A stretch of DNA of 64,000 nt, taken from the NCBI GenBank assembly GCA_963662945.1, contig OY759974.1, positions 480,001 through 544,000 of the forward strand, in the 5' to 3' direction. This document shows positions 60,212 to 64,000 of this stretch, piece by piece. Origin of the DNA: Arcobacteraceae bacterium. Its GTDB lineage: Bacteria; Campylobacterota; Campylobacteria; Campylobacterales; Arcobacteraceae. How positions within the stretch are numbered: position 1 is the stretch's first letter; each line of letters begins with the position of its first letter. The notes below the pieces were generated by a model. The model saw only the letters and a program-made list of their open reading frames with translations, was not told the origin of the DNA and made no database searches. The translations under genes were made by a program, and so were the position numbers.

Positions 60212-61491
60212 TGTTAAGATTTGCATCAAGTCCAACAGGAGATATGCATATAAGCAACTTAAGAATTGCCTTATTAAATTACATAGCATCAAAACAACTC
60301 AATGTTGAGCTGTTAATCAGAATTGATGATATTAATAAAGAGCAAAATATTGAAGGAAAAGATAAAGAGATTTTAGAAATACTTGCACTTTTTAATATTG
60401 ATTATACAAGAGTTGTTTATCAAAGTGAAAATATAAAATATCATACACAAATGGCTATGAAACTCTTACTTGATAAAAAAGCATTTAATTGTTTTTGTAG
60501 TGATGAATCATTGGAAAAAGATAGACAAAAAGCAGAACAAGAGGGAAAACCTTATGAATATAGTGGATTTTGTGAAACTATCAGTGATGAAACAAAATTC
60601 AATTGTAATGCACCATTTGTAGTAAGACTTAAAAAACCAGAGCATGCAATTAAATTTCACGATTTTTTAAAAAGTGATTGTTCTTACGAACCTTTTGAAG
60701 TGGATAGTTTTGTAATTTTAAAACATGACAAATCTCCAACTTATAATTTTGCATCATCAATTGATGATATGCTCTATGATGTTTCAATGGTTATACAAGA
60801 AGAGGAACAGCTTTGTAATACACCTAAACAGATACATGTAAGAGATTCTTTAGGATATGACAAAGAGGTTCAATATGCGCATATACCAACTATTACAAAT
60901 CTTGTAACAGAAAACTTCTCATCAGTAAAACACCTTGTTGATGACGGATATTTGCCAATTGCAATTGCAAACTATCTAATACTTCTAGGATATGAAACTC
61001 CAAAAGAAATATTTACAATTGAAGAAGCCCTTGAATGGTTTGATATAAATAATATTTCTAAAGAACCAGTAGAATTTGATATAAATAAACTTAACTTTAT
61101 CAATAATGAACATCTAAAAACTATGGATGAATTACGTTTATCTAAAATTTTAGGTTATGCAGATCAAGATATAGGAAAATTAGGAAAAATCTATCTTGAA
61201 GAATGTAATACAATTAAAGAAATAAAATCTAAGATTGATGCAATCTTTAGTAAAAAAGAGAATTTAGAAGATTCTAAAGAAGAATATAAAACAATAAAAG
61301 AGTGTTTAATCAATGCACCTTTTATAGAAGATTTTAATGAACTTACAAAATATATTACAAAAAAAACGATGCTAACTGAGGAACAACTTATGGTACCTTT
61401 ATATTATACTCTTACAGGAGTAAAAAATGGTCCAAATCTTAGTAAGATATATCCATTGATTAAAAACTATTTAGGGGAGATTATAAAATGA
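60211..61491 (+). CDS. gltX2: Glutamyl-tRNA synthetase 2 homolog with degenerate catalytic motifs
   Basis: Collinear with epsilon GluRS2 (MLRFA.SPTGDMH..NLR, QSEN.K.H.QMA, PTYNFA..DDM, NTPKQ, TG...GP), but has HISN, lacks RGEDH and lacks KMSKR. Confidence 0.85.
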   Translation: MLRFASSPTGDMHISNLRIALLNYIASKQLNVELLIRIDDINKEQNIEGKDKEILEILALFNIDYTRVVYQSENIKYHTQMAMKLLLDKKAFNCFCSDESLEKDRQKAEQEGKPYEYSGFCETISDETKFNCNAPFVVRLKKPEHAIKFHDFLKSDCSYEPFEVDSFVILKHDKSPTYNFASSIDDMLYDVSMVIQEEEQLCNTPKQIHVRDSLGYDKEVQYAHIPTITNLVTENFSSVKHLVDDGYLPIAIANYLILLGYETPKEIFTIEEALEWFDINNISKEPVEFDINKLNFINNEHLKTMDELRLSKILGYADQDIGKLGKIYLEECNTIKEIKSKIDAIFSKKENLEDSKEEYKTIKECLINAPFIEDFNELTKYITKKTMLTEEQLMVPLYYTLTGVKNGPNLSKIYPLIKNYLGEIIK

Positions 61492-61769
61492 TAGATTCAT
61501 TACTAGTTGCATTTTCAACAATACTAATAACAATTATATCACTTTACAAATGGGTTATAATTATTTCAGCACTATTATCATGGGTACAACCAGACCCATA
61601 TAATCCAATCGTTCAGATGTTATATAGACTAACAGAACCTGCATATGCTATAGTAAGACGATATATACCAACAGTATTTGGCGGAATGGATATGGCACCA
61701 CTTATTCTAATTTTTGCTTTACAATTTTTAGAGATTTTTTTGCAAAGTTTATTTGCGAAAATGTTCTAA
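61488..61769 (+). CDS. yggT: YggT-family membrane protein
   Basis: [22 protein letters not shown]...RRYIP...GMDMAP. Confidence 0.93.
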   Translation: MIDSLLVAFSTILITIISLYKWVIIISALLSWVQPDPYNPIVQMLYRLTEPAYAIVRRYIPTVFGGMDMAPLILIFALQFLEIFLQSLFAKMF

Positions 61770-61805
61770 TTTATAATAATTTTTAAAATCAAAGAGGTTT
61801 AATAG

Positions 61806-64000
61806 ATGAGTGAAAAAAAAGATTTTTTACGTACCATTGTTGAAGTGGACTTAAAATCAAACAAATACAAAGAGGTCGTTACAAGATTTCCTCCTGAGCC
61901 TAACGGATTCCCACACATCGGACATGCTAAATCTATCAATATAAATTTTGGTATAGCTAGAGATTATAATGGTCATTGTAATCTTAGAATGGATGATACA
62001 AATCCTACTACAGAAGATACAAAGTATGTGGAAGCCCTTAAAGATGCTGTTGAATGGTTGGGATATGATTGGGGAAATACTGTATATTATACATCTGATT
62101 ATTTTCCAAAAATTTATGACTATGCTGTACAACTTATTAAAATGGGCAAAGCATATGTTGATAGTATCAATGAAGAAGAGATGAGAGAATATAGAGGAAC
62201 TGTGACAGAAGCTGGAAAACGTAGTATTTATGCAGAGCGTTCTATAGAAGAAAATCTAGACCTTTTTGAAAGAATGAAAAATGGTGAATTCAAAGATGGA
62301 GAACATGTATTAAGAGCCAAAATAGATATGAGTGCAGCAAATATGAAAATGAGAGACCCTCTTTTATACAGAATCAGACATGCACATCATTTTAGAACTG
62401 GTGATAAGTGGTGTATTTATCCTATGTATGACTTTGCACATTGTTTATCTGATTATATTGAAGGAATTTCTCACTCTATATGTACATTAGAGTTTGAAAA
62501 TAATAGAGATATTTATGATTGGGTACTTGATGAATTACATCTAACTCCTCCTAGACCTTATCAACATGAGTTTGCAAGACTTGGTATCAATTATACAGTT
62601 ATGAGTAAAAGGAAGCTTTTAGAACTTGTGAATGGGAACTATGTAAATGGTTGGGATGATCCAAGAATGCCTACAATTGCAGGATATAAAAGAAGAGGAT
62701 ACACTCCTGAATCTATTAATAACTTTTGTGCTCAAATAGGTATTGCAAAAGCAAACTCAATGGTTGATGTGTCTCAACTTGAATTTTGTATTAGAGATGA
62801 TTTAAATACTAAAGTACCACGTGTAATGTGTGTTTTAGACCCACTTAAAGTTACAATCGAAAATTATGAGGGAAGTGAAAATATTGATGCGTCATATTAT
62901 CCACACGATGTGCCAAAAGAGGGAAATAGACAAATACCATTTTCTAGTGAAGTTTACATAGAACGTGAAGACTTTAGTGAAAATCCTATTAAAGGATATA
63001 ATAGACTTACACCAGACCAATCAGTAAGACTTAGACATGCTTATATTATTACTTGTAAAGAAATTATCAAAGATAAAAATGGCAATATTATTGAGATAAA
63101 AGCAGAATATAACCCAAATTCAAAAAGTGGAAGTGATACAAGTGGAATAAAAGTAAAAAGTGCTATTCAATGGGTTGATGTAAAAACAGCAAAGACAATA
63201 GAAGTAAGACTCTACGATAGATTATATAAAAATGAAATGCCTGAAGGGCTTGAAGATTTAAATCCAGATTCATTAAAAATAATAAAAAATGCCTTAATTG
63301 AACCAGCTGTAATTACAGACAAACCAGACGAGAGATTTCAGTTTGAAAGACAAGGATATTTTTATGCTGATCCTGTAGATTATACTCCTCAAAATCCAGT
63401 ATTTAATAAAATTGTTGGACTTAAAGACTCATGGGCTAAAAAAACAAAAACAGATGATAAACCAAAAGAGTTCAGAAAATCTGTAGAGAAAAAAGTTCAA
63501 GTAGAAGGTGTTGTCTCACCTATGAATGAAAGTGAACAAAAATTATTTGATAAATATACAAATGAATTAAAACTTAATAGTGAAGTTGCAAATACTTTAG
63601 CTCGTGACGAAAAACTATCTTCATTTTATCAAGAGGCTTTAAGTAAAGTAAATAGTCCTGTATCATTGGCTAATCTTGTAGCAAATGAAGTAGCAAGAGA
63701 ATTAAAAGAAAAACAAATAACAGAGTTAAAATTTAGTGCATCTCAAATAGCCGCACTTATTAAAATGATAGACGATGAAACAATATCAACTAAAATAGCT
63801 AAACAAGTGTTTGAAGAGATGGTTCAAAATGGTGAAAATCCTATGCAAATAGTTGAATCTAAGGGACTCGTTCAAATAAGTAACCCAAGTGTAATTTTAC
63901 CTATTATTGATGAAGTTATTGAAAAAAATCCTGACAATGTTGCTAAATATAAAGCTGGAAATAATAAACTTTTTGGTTTCTTTGTAGGGCAAGTATTAAA
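61806..64000 (+). CDS. glnS: Glutaminyl-tRNA synthetase with C-terminal GatB/YqeY domain; runs off the window
   Basis: Not in ORF track; MSEKKDFLR...TRFPPEPNGFPHIGHAKS, DDTNP, YPMYDFAH, VMSKRKL, WDDPRMPT, FQFERQGYF, then ...KYKAGNNKLFGFFVGQVL. Confidence 0.96.
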   Translation, partial: MSEKKDFLRTIVEVDLKSNKYKEVVTRFPPEPNGFPHIGHAKSININFGIARDYNGHCNLRMDDTNPTTEDTKYVEALKDAVEWLGYDWGNTVYYTSDYFPKIYDYAVQLIKMGKAYVDSINEEEMREYRGTVTEAGKRSIYAERSIEENLDLFERMKNGEFKDGEHVLRAKIDMSAANMKMRDPLLYRIRHAHHFRTGDKWCIYPMYDFAHCLSDYIEGISHSICTLEFENNRDIYDWVLDELHLTPPRPYQHEFARLGINYTVMSKRKLLELVNGNYVNGWDDPRMPTIAGYKRRGYTPESINNFCAQIGIAKANSMVDVSQLEFCIRDDLNTKVPRVMCVLDPLKVTIENYEGSENIDASYYPHDVPKEGNRQIPFSSEVYIEREDFSENPIKGYNRLTPDQSVRLRHAYIITCKEIIKDKNGNIIEIKAEYNPNSKSGSDTSGIKVKSAIQWVDVKTAKTIEVRLYDRLYKNEMPEGLEDLNPDSLKIIKNALIEPAVITDKPDERFQFERQGYFYADPVDYTPQNPVFNKIVGLKDSWAKKTKTDDKPKEFRKSVEKKVQVEGVVSPMNESEQKLFDKYTNELKLNSEVANTLARDEKLSSFYQEALSKVNSPVSLANLVANEVARELKEKQITELKFSASQIAALIKMIDDETISTKIAKQVFEEMVQNGENPMQIVESKGLVQISNPSVILPIIDEVIEKNPDNVAKYKAGNNKLFGFFVGQVL

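Overview
AT-rich chromosomal window, most likely from a Campylobacterota member of the Arcobacteraceae (futalosine gene mqnC, epsilon-type second GluRS, mlaA-mlaC-MMPL operon, TG-extended -10 promoters). About 1-44 kb is an accessory energy, nitrogen and sulfur region. It holds a flavodiiron protein, hemD and sfsA, and a split nitrogen-fixation accessory cluster: nifX, a HicB-Sel1-NifU fusion, cowN and a NifX-like gene on the minus strand, and nifE on the plus strand, each side with a near-identical sigma54-type promoter. Two TonB-receptor-led c-di-GMP signalling cassettes flank or interrupt it; the larger carries a DUF917 enzyme, two transporter-less binding proteins, a hybrid kinase and a REC-GGDEF. 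Next come hypF, a PAS chemoreceptor, a sulfur cluster (triple rhodanese, Tat-type SQR, metY, cysK, Rrf2, yeeE), a degenerate IS1595-like gene, and a nickel/hydrogenase maturation operon (hupE, Ni permease, hypBCD, four extra genes, hypE, hypA). After tRNA-fMet and tRNA-Gln the window is core genome: ribBA, MMPL-mlaC-mlaA-nth, rdgB, MFS, RND, bamA, mqnC, M16 peptidase, a catalytically eroded GluRS2, yggT and glnS-YqeY. The most notable items are the TBDR/DUF917/c-di-GMP cassette wedged between two nif promoters, the HicB-Sel1-Nfu fusion, and the full-length but motif-dead GluRS2 beside GlnRS. All calls come from motif recognition by eye; no database searches were run.
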